Assembly (NCBI GenBank): GCA_963790475.1
Contig: CAWBOS010000010.1
Location: 1,312,001-1,376,000, forward strand
Reading direction: 5' to 3'
DNA length: 64,000 nucleotides
DNA from: an uncultured delta proteobacterium
Lineage (GTDB): Bacteria; Desulfobacterota; RBG-13-43-22
Part shown: positions 49,401-60,413 of the stretch, in pieces
How the letters are laid out: the number at the start of each line of letters is the position of its first letter
How positions within the stretch are numbered: the stretch's first letter is position 1
Notes under the pieces: generated by a model
What the model saw: the letters and a program-made list of their open reading frames with translations, nothing else
Told to the model about the DNA's origin: nothing
Database searches by the model: none
Made by a program: the position numbers and the translations under genes

Positions 49401-50390
49401 ATGGACGCTCTGATCTTGCAGCCGGCGAGGGGACGCGACTTCGTCCACTCACTCAAACAAGACCCAAACCCATTTTCCCCATTCTTAATCGGCCTCTTCT
49501 CGAAATTACCTTTAACTACCTGAGTCATTTCTCTGTCCGGAGGGTGATCCTGAATACCCATCACCTGGCCGCTCAGATTGACGACTTTGTTCAAACCCAG
49601 AAAGAATATCGCTCATTTGAAATAGAAACCCGTTTTGAACCACAAATTTTGAATACCGGCGGAGGAATCGGCAACACCCGAAATTTCTATCGATCCGATC
49701 CTTTCGTAGTGGTCAATGGCGATATCCTCACGGATATTGACTTGAATAAAGCGATTGAATTCCACCAATCCCATAAAGGACCGGTCACCCTGATCCTGCA
49801 TGATTATCCTGAATTCAATCAGTTGCCGTGGATAGTCACGGGCGTATAAAGAAACTAAGAGATGCAGAAGGCCATGGTCTTGGCCTTTACCGGTATACAC
49901 ATTCTGGATCAAAATATTTTCAATTTTCTCCCTGGTTCCGGCAGCTATGATATCATCCCAATCTATCAGCAGATGATTGAAGAAGGCCATGACGGTTTGG
50001 GCGTATATCAGTCAAGATCATTACTGGCGGGACATAGGAACACCCAGGTCCTATCTTAAAGTCCATGAAGAATTATTGTCGGGACAGTTTGAATCCCCTC
50101 AATCCCCTCAAAGGGGAACTAACGCTGCCCTCAAAATCCTCCTTCCCCCCTTAAAAAGGGGGTTTAGGGGGATTTTAATTCACCCCGAAGCCGTTATTGA
50201 ACCAGGAGTAAAATTCTCCGGCTGGGCCTGCATTGGGAAAGGGTGCCTGTTAAAAACAGGGTGCCAAATCCGCAATTCGGTTCTTTGGGAGGATGTCACC
50301 GTGGAGATCAGGAGGTCTCCAGTTTCGGAGTCCATTCTCGGCCAGGGTGTTCATCTCAAGAATGATCTTCATGGTGGGGTAATGATTTAG
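49401..50390 (+). CDS. Sugar-phosphate nucleotidyltransferase (MurU / mannose-1-P guanylyltransferase-like) with several frameshifts
   Basis: MDALIL(A)AGEGTRLRPLT..PKP after restoring one G; ILNTHHL, TGGG, VNGD, FTGIH, WRDIGTP and hexapeptide tail spread over several frames. Confidence 0.75.
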
Positions 50391-50434
50391 TACGCAAGTA
50401 AATCTGAACTAAGCTCTTGGGTACTTTGTTTACC

Positions 50435-50511
50435 GTCATGCCGGACTTGATCCGGCATCCAGGACTTTTGATGTTTAAATTAAACTGGATTCCGGCTTTC
50501 GCCGGAATGAC
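50435..50511. repeat. REP-like doublet, GTCAT family
   Basis: gtcatgccggacttgatccggcatccag ... ctggattccggctttcgccggaatgac. Confidence 0.75.
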
Positions 50512-50582
50512 CAACAATTCCCCAGTAAAGCAATATTTTCAGACTTCTTATCGCCCGCTTTAGGCGGGCCTAAAGGCTTACT

Positions 50583-51588
50583 ATGAAACCTTTGATCCAT
50601 TTTCTCCAACGACATCTTCCCTCAACCACCGGATTTACCGGCCGCTTGCGTATCAAACCCCTGAAGGGAGACGGCTCGGATCGACGGGTCTATCGCCTGT
50701 TTGCCGGAGATCATACTTTCATTTGTGTTTATCACCCCAACGGTCGCCGGGGAATTCCTTCCGAAAATGACTCCTTTGTTTATATCGCTGAACACCTAAG
50801 AAGCCAGGGGCCTGCCCACGCCCCTGATCCAGGCCTACGATCCCGGCCGCGGTCTGTTTCTGATGCAGGATTTCGGAGATTTTTCCCTGGAATCGGTCAT
50901 AAAAAAAATCAAGGAGCCGCGGCTGATCAAACGGGTCTATGAGACCATCCTGAAATTGCTTTTGAAAATTCAGATCGAGGGGGCCAAGGATTTTGATTCC
51001 CGATACTGTTACGACACACCGCTGTACGACGGCCGATTTGCCTGGGAGCGGGAATCCCGGTACTTTGTCGAGGCTTTTCTAAAAGGCTATTTGGGTTGGA
51101 AAACGGTCCCGCCTTCAGCGGAAAGAGAATTGCAGGTGATCGCCATGGCTGTGGATCAGGAAAAGAAGCGATTGTTTCTTTACCGGGATTTTCAATCCCG
51201 AAATATCATGATCTGGTCCGAAGGGATCGGATTGATCGATTTCCAGGGGGGCCGCTGGGGTCCGCCGCAGTACGACTTGGCCTCCTTATTGATCGACCCT
51301 TACGTCACTATCCCGGAGCAGATCCGGGCAGATCTTTTTGATTATTATCTTCAAGAATTGTCCGCAAGAATCCCCATCCGATCAAAAAGCCTTCGGGAGA
51401 ATTATGAGATCATCGCCTTTCAGAGAAATCTTCAAATCCTGGGTGCCTATGCCTTTCTCTCCCGGGTCAAAGGCAAAACCTATTTTGAAAATTATATCCC
51501 CGCCGCTTTATCTGATTTGAAAAAAAGGGCTTGCGGAAAGATATTTCGCCCTTACAAATCGGTCAGGAAAATGATCGCTGAAATTTAA
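50583..51588 (+). CDS. Aminoglycoside phosphotransferase-family kinase (AmgK-like), frameshifted near 50810
   Basis: GDGSDRRVYR in the first ORF; QDFGD, YRDFQSRNIM, IDFQG, YDLASLL, QRNLQILG in the second; adjacent to the nucleotidyltransferase. Confidence 0.8.
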
Positions 51589-51594
51589 AAGAAA

Positions 51595-51686
51595 AAGGAT
51601 TCGAAGATTCCAGGGTTCAAGGGTTTTACCTTCCATACCTTTCACTCCCCCCCGCGATCCTTGTCCCCTTGGCACCTTGAATCTTT
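51595..51686. repeat. 8-mer tract element homologous to 44112-44210
   Basis: aggattcgaagattccagggttcaagggttttaccttccatacctttcac...ccccttggcaccttgaatc. Confidence 0.65.
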
Positions 51687-51691
51687 AGGTT

Positions 51692-53017
51692 TTATTTCAA
51701 TGAACGCATAAAAATCCGTGTAAAAGCACCGGCAGAACGCATTTGTTTTTCTATAATCCGGTTGTAGTGTTGGACATCTTTTCCCGGCGCACCGGCGATG
51801 AATTTTCGGGCGTCATAATCCCCCTCCATACTGATCTTCTCAATTTGCATATATAGCCCCTTATCGGTAACGATAGCTTTCAGGACCGAAGACAAGTCCC
51901 CGGCAACGGCATGTGATTCTTTGGCCGCCACCTGGCTTGGGAAATGGTCGGCAAAGACTGGATATGTTGTGTCCTTGGAGGAGTCCCGCAGGGCTTCTAT
52001 CATACTATCCCTATTATCGTGTTTCTGAAAGGCATCGTGGAATTCCTGGCAAAGTAATTTTTCGATCAGAATATGGGCCCTGGACACTTCCCCGACAGCC
52101 CGTGACATTGGTCCATGAATGCCGATCATATCCAATAGGGGAATGGAAAGCATGGTCAAAGTGCTTCGACCGGGCATAATGGTGGCATGGTAGGGCATGG
52201 TCAGGTCCTGCAAATAATGCAAGCCCCAACCGGCGAAGCGGTATCCCCAGTAAGGATGGCCTGTTTGAAAAGACAATTTGGCCAGCGAATGGAAGAGGTG
52301 CACTCTTTGTTCCGGAAAGGTCTTTTGAAAATTCGGGGCAACTTTATAAATGATCTTGGATTCATGATAAAAACCCATATGAAAAGGCGCCTGTGTCCCA
52401 TAATCGAGCTTGGGATTTCCGAATGGCTGTTTGCCATAGCCGTATTCTTTGCCGAAACGGGTATTATTATTTTCCCAAAGTCCGATATCCAATCCGTAAT
52501 CCGGTTCGTCGGAAGCCGAAGAAAGCACCTCCAGGGCGCTTATCTTTTCTCCCGGCTCAAGCCGGATGTAGATGTTATTCTGAAAATCTTTCGTCAGGGT
52601 GCTCACAGCGGACTTCGGCAGGCGTTTGTTTTTGGGGACCGGACTGCCGGGAAGAACCATGACAAAGAGAGGAAGCTCCAGGTCGGGATTCACTCGCAGG
52701 GCCTTTAGGAAACGGATACGAAGGTTGGTTTCCTTGCTGCTCAAAAAATACAGGGTTTGAGGTGCAGGCGGATAGGCCCGGACGTTGGAGACGGCCCAGG
52801 CTTCTTCCGCCTTAAGCAGTTCCCCGATTTTGACCTTCTCTTTCAATAAGAACGAGTCCAGAGGCTCGGCGGAAACCTCTTGCCCGTATTCCGGTTGCCC
52901 ACCAAGGGCCGGAGTGGTCAGGTAGGCGTGATTAGTCCAGGCGTTTGCGGAAAGCGGCAGAATCGCCAGAAGGGCCGCTCCGATTCCAAAGATCCTGAGA
53001 TGGATTTTAAATGGCAT
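51692..53017 (-). CDS. Secreted Zn-dependent phospholipase C / P1 nuclease-fold protein
   Basis: Signal peptide ending ANA then W..H; DEPD, FH, HYLQDLTMPYH, H...E zinc ligands. Confidence 0.7.
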   Translation of the reverse strand: MPFKIHLRIFGIGAALLAILPLSANAWTNHAYLTTPALGGQPEYGQEVSAEPLDSFLLKEKVKIGELLKAEEAWAVSNVRAYPPAPQTLYFLSSKETNLRIRFLKALRVNPDLELPLFVMVLPGSPVPKNKRLPKSAVSTLTKDFQNNIYIRLEPGEKISALEVLSSASDEPDYGLDIGLWENNNTRFGKEYGYGKQPFGNPKLDYGTQAPFHMGFYHESKIIYKVAPNFQKTFPEQRVHLFHSLAKLSFQTGHPYWGYRFAGWGLHYLQDLTMPYHATIMPGRSTLTMLSIPLLDMIGIHGPMSRAVGEVSRAHILIEKLLCQEFHDAFQKHDNRDSMIEALRDSSKDTTYPVFADHFPSQVAAKESHAVAGDLSSVLKAIVTDKGLYMQIEKISMEGDYDARKFIAGAPGKDVQHYNRIIEKQMRSAGAFTRIFMRSLK

Positions 53018-53118
53018 GTGCTTCCCTCCTGTCGTGATTAAAATTAGTTTATTTTACAAACCGGAAAGGAAAAAGCAAGAAGTCTTTTTTTACTAAGTTG
53101 GAATTTTATTAGGGATCA

Positions 53119-53421
53119 ATGCCGAATACAGGCCTTATTTTTTTGCCCCCCTTCTCTCGGCTCCGAGAAATCAAGATAACTCCTTTTAATCAGGGAGGCG
53201 GGGTACTGCTGGAAGAAAAAAATTCCGGGGCCTTGAACAAACGCGATGCCGCATTGATCGGGGTTTTTTTATCCCTTTGTCACACCTTGGTTGAAGACAC
53301 CTTGATTTTTGCCGCTATCGGGGCCAACCTGATCGTTATCCTCTTGGCCCGCATTTGTTTTGCCGTCGCCGTCCTTTTCCTCCTTCGATGGCTGCTGCCC
53401 CGGCAAGCAGAAGTCAGGTGA
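53119..53421 (+). pseudogene. C-terminal fragment of a nucleoside-recognition (gate) domain membrane protein
   Basis: GGVLLEE...FLSLCHTLVEDTLIF...GA.....L.R; the N-terminal part is missing. Confidence 0.5.
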
Positions 53422-53581
53422 AACTCGAACCTGTTAAAAGGACTCTATTTTCTAAAAATACCGTCTTCCCCTTCGTAAAATACAATAAAGGCCCTATTTA
53501 TTTAACGGGCCATTTATGATTAAAATTTCTGGTATTAATCGGATTAGTCATCTTAATACCCAAAATGAAAGGAGAACAACC

Positions 53582-53992
53582 ATGAAGGAAAGAAGAGATT
53601 TTTTGAAAGGGTCACTGATCGTTGCCGGCGCGGCGGTCCTGGGAAATGCGATTCAGGTACAGGCAGCAACCATGTTCCCCAAAGGGCTCATTTACACCAA
53701 AGAGTCCACTGGACGTTGGGCCGGCAAGGAAGGGGCCCATGTACCGGTGGCCACTGTGAAGGGGAGAATGGTTTCCGTGAAAACCCCCCATCCCATGACC
53801 AAAGAACATTATATTGTCAAGCATACCCTCGTGACTGCTGAAGGCAAATTTTTGGGGGAAAAGACGTTTACTAACACCGATGCCGCCCCCCCCGAGTCCT
53901 CATACACGCTCCCGGAAGGATTGAAGGGTACTCTCTGGGCCACAAGCTTTTGTAATATTCATGATTTTTGGGTCACTGAATTCACGGTGTGA
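53582..53992 (+). CDS. Tat-exported superoxide reductase (neelaredoxin/desulfoferrodoxin-like)
   Basis: RRDFLK Tat signal; HVP, HPMTKEHYI, CNIH ligands; ATG at 53582 after AGGAG. Confidence 0.8.
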   Translation: MKERRDFLKGSLIVAGAAVLGNAIQVQAATMFPKGLIYTKESTGRWAGKEGAHVPVATVKGRMVSVKTPHPMTKEHYIVKHTLVTAEGKFLGEKTFTNTDAAPPESSYTLPEGLKGTLWATSFCNIHDFWVTEFTV

Positions 53993-54214
53993 GCAGCCAG
54001 GTTTCTCATATTCAAAGGCTTATATTCGGGGCCATAGTGCCAATGGGCCTCTTGCCAAAGTCCATTCTTTTTAAAATGGTTTAGTCCCGCCAAAGGCGGA
54101 ATCGCCTGACAATAGGCTGGAATCAATAGAGGTCAGCCCCTCCCAGCGGGGCTGACCTATTAAATAAGAAATCCATATAACCAATCTTCTGAATGTGACA
54201 GGGAGGTATTCCTG

Positions 54215-55159
54215 ATGAAGGTTATTGACCTTGAACTGGACCTGCCCCCGGATGCCGAACAACTGGTTTCCCGGTTAAAAGACTATCTCTTCCATTCCAC
54301 GAAAAAGGGCATGGCCAACTACGGCAACGTTTTCGGGGTCCAAAGGGCACGCGCTTTGGATTTCACGCCGGAAGAGATCAAAAATTTAAAAAAAGAAAAG
54401 TCCCCGGCGAAAATAGAAAGGGTGTTGAAGCAAAGGGCCAAGAAAGCCCTAATGACTCTCCCTCGATTTGTGGAACAGATGGATGAAGCGGGAATCGAAT
54501 GGGGTGCGGTTTTTGCCGGCGATTCCGATAAGACCGCAGCGGTGGTTTCCCAATTTCCCGATCGATTCATAGGGACAGCCAACATTAATCCTCTGGAGGG
54601 CATGAAGGCCGTCCGGGAACTGGAAAGAGCGGTTAAAGAGCTGGGAATCAAATGTTTTTACGCCAGTCCTTTCCGGTACGGGATCCGGGCCAACGATCGT
54701 CGGTTCTATCCTCTTTATGCCAAAGCCGTTGAATTGAATATCCCGGTTTTTATTTATACGACCATGACCTATCGCACGGACCTGCCTATGGACATCGGAC
54801 GGCCGTTATATGTGGACGACGTGGCCATGGACTTCCCCGAAATGCGGATTGTCGCCGGGCTGGGGGGCTGGCCCTGGGTACCGGAACTTATCGGGCTGGC
54901 GCGAAGGCACCAGAATCTGTATATCAGCACGGCGGGTCACCGTCCGAAATATCTGAGTACTCCCGGATCGGGTTGGGAGATGCTCATGCAGTTTGGCAAC
55001 ACTTTGCTTCAAGACAAGATTGTCTTTGCCTCGTCCTGGTTTACCTTTGCCCTGCCTATCAAACAGGTAGTCGAAGAAATGCTGGCCCTGCCACTCAAGG
55101 ACTCCGTCAAAGAAAAATGGATGTATAAAAATGCCCGAAGACTTTTCGGACTGGACTAA
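54215..55159 (+). CDS. Amidohydrolase family 2 protein
   Basis: PDRFIG, AVRELERAV, YPLYAKAVEL.IPV, DFPE, GGWPW, N.RRLF. Confidence 0.85.
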   Translation: MKVIDLELDLPPDAEQLVSRLKDYLFHSTKKGMANYGNVFGVQRARALDFTPEEIKNLKKEKSPAKIERVLKQRAKKALMTLPRFVEQMDEAGIEWGAVFAGDSDKTAAVVSQFPDRFIGTANINPLEGMKAVRELERAVKELGIKCFYASPFRYGIRANDRRFYPLYAKAVELNIPVFIYTTMTYRTDLPMDIGRPLYVDDVAMDFPEMRIVAGLGGWPWVPELIGLARRHQNLYISTAGHRPKYLSTPGSGWEMLMQFGNTLLQDKIVFASSWFTFALPIKQVVEEMLALPLKDSVKEKWMYKNARRLFGLD

Positions 55160-55207
55160 TGATTAGAGAGGGGTCGGGCCCATGAATGTTCCATTAAAAG
55201 GTTTTTT

Positions 55208-57108
55208 TCAGGCCCTCTTCTCGAGCTCTTCCCACCGCTGATAGGCGGTCTCTATGGCCTGCTCCAACTCACTCAGTTTGGCTTTGATCCGGTCCATCTC
55301 CTCCTTTTCTTTCTTGTAAAACAGAGGATCGGACCAGATTTCATAGAGCCCTTGCCGCTCTGATTCAAGGAGGTTGATTTGTTGGGGGAGTTCTTCCAAT
55401 TCTCTTCTTTCCTTGTAGCCCAGCTTCTGAACACCTTGGGATTTGGGCCTTTCCACCTTTTTCCCGGGATCTTTTTTCTTAGTCCGGGGTCCTTCCGCTG
55501 TTTGGGATCTTTGAATCAGCCAATCGTCATATCCTCCGGCGTATTGAATGACCCGTCCCTGTCCTTCAAAGGCCATGGTACTGGTCACTACATTGTTTAA
55601 GAAGGTCCGATCATGGCTGACCAGCAACAGGGTCCCCTGATAGTCGAAGAGAAGTTCTTCCAAGAGCTCCAGGGTTTCCAAATCCAGATCGTTGGTGGGT
55701 TCATCCAGAACCAGGACATTGGCCGGCCGGGCAAAAAGCTTGGCCAGCATCAGTCGGTTCTTTTCCCCCCGGAAAGAACTTTAACCGGTGTCCGGCTTTT
55801 TTCGGGTGAGAAGAGAAAATCCTGAAGATAGCCTATGAGGTGTCGGTTCTGCCCGTTTTGGATAATGAAGTCATTTCCCTCTCCGACATTTTCCAGGACT
55901 GTTTTCTCTTCATCAAGCTGGATGCGGAGTTGGTCAAAATAGGCGATCTGAAGGTGGACCCCGTGACCAACCTTGCCGGTCCGGGGCGGGATGCTTTTTA
56001 ACAGGATGTTCAATAAGGTGGTCTTGCCGCAACCGTTCGGCCCGATGATTCCAACCTTGTCCCCCCGCAGGACGATGGTAGAAAAATCCTGGATTACCTG
56101 AGTTTCCCCGAAAGCAAAGGAAATCTTTTCCGCTTCGATAACCAATTTTCCGGTTCTTTCGGCCTCCTGAATCTGCAGTTTCACATTAAGGTTTTTTTTG
56201 CGGCGTGTTCGGAAGGCTTCACGCATTTTGATCAAGGCGGTGACTCGGCCTTCGTTCCTGGTTCTGCGGGCCTTGATGCCTTGTCTGATCCAGGCCTCTT
56301 CCTGAGAGAGTTTTTTATCAAACAAATCGTTTTGGTTTTCTTCGGCTTCCAGGGAGTCCCGTCTTCGTTTCAAAAAAGTTTCGTAATCACAGGAATAGGA
56401 AAAAAGGCTTCCCCGATCGAGCTCCAAAATCCTGGTGGTCAGTTTTTTAAGAAAAGCACGGTCATGAGTGACAAAAAGCAGGGTCTTAACATAGCGGGAA
56501 ACAAAGGTCTCCAGCCAGAGGATGGATTCGATATCCAAATGATTCGTCGGCTCATCCAACAGAAGGATATCGGGTTCGGCAACCATGGTACGGGCAAAAA
56601 GGGTGCGTCGTTTCATCCCCGCCGAAAGATTCGAGAACTCAACCCCCGAAGGAAGCTGGGTTCGGGACAAAATGGTTTCCACCTTTTTTACCAGGGTCCA
56701 CCAATCTTCGGAATCCAAAGGGTGCGGTTGATCGGCTTTCAGAAGGGTAGATGGATTGGCAGGATCTAATCCTCTCTGCTCCTCTTTGGTGTCGATGTTC
56801 CGGTGATAATCAATCAGGGCCTTTCTTTTGGGGCCAAGGCCTCCGGCTACCACATCAAAAATCGATCCTTCAAAATCAGAAGAGACATCCTGGGACAGAT
56901 AAGTTACGGTGACGCCTTGCTGCCGCCAGACTAAACCTCTATCGGGCAGGATCTCCCCCTGTAAAAGTCTCAGCAGAGTGGATTTACCTGCTCCGTTACG
57001 GCCCAGAAGACCTACCCGTTCCCCCTTTTCGATCTGAAAGGTAATATTTTCCAGCAAGGGGGGATCAGAAAACCCCCAGCATAAATCCCGCGTGCCGATA
57101 AGTGCCAT
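55208..57108 (-). CDS. uup: ABC-F ATPase Uup, split by a homopolymer frameshift near 55760
   Basis: Two ABC domains, EEAWIRQGIKARRTRNEGRV, LDEPTNDLD, C-terminal Y.RWEELE. Confidence 0.9.
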
Positions 57109-57195
57109 AAATCAATCCTCAAACGAATTTTATCACCGGCTCTGAACCAAAATAAATCTTTTCTATAGTTATTAAGGGTCTCATGAGACGGCTTA

Positions 57196-57333
57196 GTCAA
57201 AAGTCGCCGGAATCCCATTTCCTCATTCCGGTAACGCATCAAGTGCGGGATAGACTCCAGCCGGAATCCAGTATTGTTAAGGAGTTGAAAATTTCTGGAC
57301 CCCGGTTTTCACCGGGGCGACGACTTTTTACGA
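57196..57333. mobile_element. MITE-like element with AAAAGTCG termini enclosing a GTCAT-family doublet
   Basis: gtcaaaagtcgcc ... ccggaatccag ... ctggaccccggttttcaccggggcgacgactttttacga. Confidence 0.5.
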
Positions 57334-57480
57334 TCTTATCTCACGATAGTCTTGATAGGAAAATGGTATGCTCAAATTCAATGGGACCGGGGGGTCCCGG
57401 GCATCAGAATTTAACAGATATTGTCTTGAGACCCTTAATAAGTTACCATTCGGAGATTGATCTTTATCGAGCTTTGAGGT

Positions 57481-57873
57481 CTAACTTCGTTCCACAAATT
57501 CTACAATATTCCCATCCGGGTCTTTGACCATGGCAATGCGCACACCGGGCCTGATCTCTCTCTCCGTGACCGTAAATTCTACTCCGTTTTTTTTCAGATC
57601 CTCACAAAGCTGAGAAAGATTCTCGATCACGAAGGTCACATAACGATATCCCAATTGTTTTTCCAGGCCGATGGCGCCGCCGGGCAGCACTGTCTTTGGT
57701 TCGATCAGTTTGAAGTCGCTTTCGCCGAAGCGGAGCCGGTGCATAGTCCCGAACCCTAAGGGCATCGTTCCCACAAACTCCAGCCCCAACAGGTTCTGAT
57801 AAAAATTGAGACTGGCCTTGATGTCGCTGACGATCACACCGAGATCTAATGAATTCTTGGCTGGTTTCATCAT
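57481..57873 (-). CDS. VOC/glyoxalase family protein
   Basis: VSDIKASLNFY..LLG, KDPDGNIVE. Confidence 0.88.
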   Translation of the reverse strand: MMKPAKNSLDLGVIVSDIKASLNFYQNLLGLEFVGTMPLGFGTMHRLRFGESDFKLIEPKTVLPGGAIGLEKQLGYRYVTFVIENLSQLCEDLKKNGVEFTVTEREIRPGVRIAMVKDPDGNIVEFVERS

Positions 57874-57918
57874 TTTTATTTATTCCTTTGCAATGTTGTC
57901 CTTATTTTTCTCTATCCC

Positions 57919-59004
57919 TTAGCCATTTTTCTCTTTGACCATAAGGGGCGCTTTACCTTTGGCTTCCAAAATACTGCTTCCCAGATCGCCCACATTATTA
58001 AATGGTTTCGGTCTGCCTTCCGCGGGAAGAAGATGAATCGCTTCAGTCGGGCAGGTTGTCGCGCAAAGCCCGCACCCCAGGCATTTTTCCCGATCGACCC
58101 GGGCCTTTTCCCCCACTTCGATGGCCCCCACCGGACAGCGATCAAGGCAGACTTCGCAGGCGGTACATTCTTCTTCATCGACCACGGCCTCAAAAACGGC
58201 ATTAAAGTGCCTTTGTCTATAACTCCCCCATTTGGTAATGGCCTTTAAGGCGGCACAGCAGCATGGGCAACAGTTACAGATATTCGACAGATGCACAGAG
58301 TTGGCCCCGGCATGAACCAGCCCGGATTTATCCGCTTCATCCAGGATGCTAATAGCCTCATCGGCCGTTATCTCGCGCCCCAGTCCGGAATCGATATAAT
58401 ATTCCGCGGCCACACCGAAACTAAGACAGCTTTCCCTGGGGTGATGGCAACCCTCGCCCAACAGGTCCGCCTCTTTGCGGCACACGCAATCCGCTACCGC
58501 GATTTTTCTGGCCGCCCGCACACTTTCCTCAAGCCGTTGGTAGGGAAGAAGGACCTTTTGAGTATCGATATTCTTCTCCATGGGAATCACCTTGAATCCG
58601 GGGATATTATGGTTCCCAAGTTCTTTGATATAGGCGGCCTCGTAATATTCCTTAAAAAGGGCGGCCAGTTCTCGGTCGATTTTCTTTACCGAATATTCGT
58701 AAAGCCCGATCATAAAGGGGGCCGCCCGGTAAAAGGGGATGCCTTGTCTTCGGAAACGAAAGATCAGTCCTTTCTCGGCCATGGCATCCAATCGCTTTCC
58801 CAGATTATCGGCCTTCATATCCAGGCGGTCGGCGATCTTCACCAGTTCCTCCGGCAAGGTCGACAGCCTGACCGTAAGCCTGGCCTCCTCCTCGGTGAAA
58901 AGCCGCTTTAGGATCTTAATCTCAACCCCTGATTCCGTTTTTAAAAACCCTCTGGGGAATTGGTGCAGAAAATCGCGTAACACCTCATAATCGTTCTCAG
59001 GCAT
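57919..59004 (-). CDS. 4Fe-4S dicluster protein with an N-terminal HTH-like region
   Basis: CVCR, ICNCCPCCC, CTACEVCLDRCP, CLGCGLCATTCP. Confidence 0.85.
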   Translation of the reverse strand: MPENDYEVLRDFLHQFPRGFLKTESGVEIKILKRLFTEEEARLTVRLSTLPEELVKIADRLDMKADNLGKRLDAMAEKGLIFRFRRQGIPFYRAAPFMIGLYEYSVKKIDRELAALFKEYYEAAYIKELGNHNIPGFKVIPMEKNIDTQKVLLPYQRLEESVRAARKIAVADCVCRKEADLLGEGCHHPRESCLSFGVAAEYYIDSGLGREITADEAISILDEADKSGLVHAGANSVHLSNICNCCPCCCAALKAITKWGSYRQRHFNAVFEAVVDEEECTACEVCLDRCPVGAIEVGEKARVDREKCLGCGLCATTCPTEAIHLLPAEGRPKPFNNVGDLGSSILEAKGKAPLMVKEKNG

Positions 59005-59095
59005 GATTAAAACCTCCCTAAGCAAATTGAAGAAATTATTTCCATGATCTAAATGGGAGCCAATAAACTGATTAATCCCTTAACAGGCTGTTGAG

Positions 59096-60079
59096 CTAAA
59101 GGCCTTTAGGATCGGCCTCATTCAGTAAGGGTTGTCCTTTCAGATAGCGGCTGAGATTTTCCAGAAAAAGCCTATCCCCCCTGAAGTGGGTACCGCTTCC
59201 GGCGTTTGAGGAATGGGGCGTGATAATGACATGGTCCATATCCCACAGAGGACTGTCTGATTCCAAGGGTTCCGGTTCGAATACATCGAGAACCGCCCAG
59301 GCCGGCGTGCCTGCCTGGAGCGCTTCGATCATATCCTTTTGATTGACCAGTTTACCTCGGGCAATATTGACAAAAGTGGCGTTCTTCTTCATCTTTTGAA
59401 AAAAGGCCCGGTTGGCGAGTTCCCGGGTTTCATTGTTCAGGGCACAGGCCAGGACTACCACATCGGCCTGCGGCAAATATTCTGAAAGGCGGTCCAGGGT
59501 GATCACGGTATCGGCCAGGGGATGCTGATTGGCTGACCGTCTTACGCCGACCACCTCGCAATCAAAGGCCCTTAGCCGTTTGGCTATCTCCTGACCGATA
59601 TTCCCGAACCCGATGATCAGCCATTTGGTATGCCAAAGTTCCCGAAAACCGGTTACCTTCCAGGTATGGACCGCCTGGTGTCGTTTTCGATCAAAGACCC
59701 CCTGATACTGCATCATCACATTGGCCAAAACATATTCCGCAATAGCAATGGCCTGGGCATTACTCCTGGTCACCCGGATACCTTTTCGCATCATTTCTCC
59801 ATAAAAAGGAAAATCCAGGCCGGCCATAAAGGTCTGAAGCCATTTAACGGTTCCCCCCTCCAGAACAAGCCGGACAAATTTCTCCATGACTCCGGAGAAA
59901 AGAATTTCCATATTCAGCCAGGCAAAGTCGGGTTTTAAGGTCGTAGGGTCGATCTTTTCATTCTCGGCCGACAGGCGGCCTTCAGCGCCTATCAACAGGG
60001 CTTCGAGATCAGGACTTATGCTCTTAATTTCCTTTTTAAGGCGCTGGTAAGACTTTTCTTCAATCAATAACGTGGTCAC
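59096..60079 (-). CDS. D-2-hydroxyacid dehydrogenase family protein
   Basis: GFGNIG, NIARG, LDVFEPEPL, ITPH. Confidence 0.9.
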   Translation of the reverse strand: MTTLLIEEKSYQRLKKEIKSISPDLEALLIGAEGRLSAENEKIDPTTLKPDFAWLNMEILFSGVMEKFVRLVLEGGTVKWLQTFMAGLDFPFYGEMMRKGIRVTRSNAQAIAIAEYVLANVMMQYQGVFDRKRHQAVHTWKVTGFRELWHTKWLIIGFGNIGQEIAKRLRAFDCEVVGVRRSANQHPLADTVITLDRLSEYLPQADVVVLACALNNETRELANRAFFQKMKKNATFVNIARGKLVNQKDMIEALQAGTPAWAVLDVFEPEPLESDSPLWDMDHVIITPHSSNAGSGTHFRGDRLFLENLSRYLKGQPLLNEADPKGL

Positions 60080-60322
60080 TCGGGCCTCCTTGTTTTATTA
60101 AACTTATTTTTTCATATCTATTGAGCTTTTTAAAATTCAAAACCTTTTTTGATCAGATAAAACACTTCCCTAATCTGCTCTGTCCTGGGCGGGAAAAAAC
60201 TTTGACCAACCTCTTCATCTGAATTGGTTCATTACCCTTGGCGGGAAGTTGAATGAGGATGAACTATTCTAACCCTAACCAACGGTTCAAGTCAATCCCA
60301 AAGGGAGACGACGAGTTTCTTC

Positions 60323-60351
60323 TTGACCCCACTGGTAGCCTTTTTTATAAT
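60323..60351 (+). promoter_or_regulatory. Sigma70 promoter
   Basis: TTGACC-17 bp-TATAAT. Confidence 0.7.
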
Positions 60352-60413
60352 AGTCTGACTTTTGCTAAACCCGAAGATTCCCGGCAGTCCGCTGCTATTG
60401 GATGGAGGTAGTA

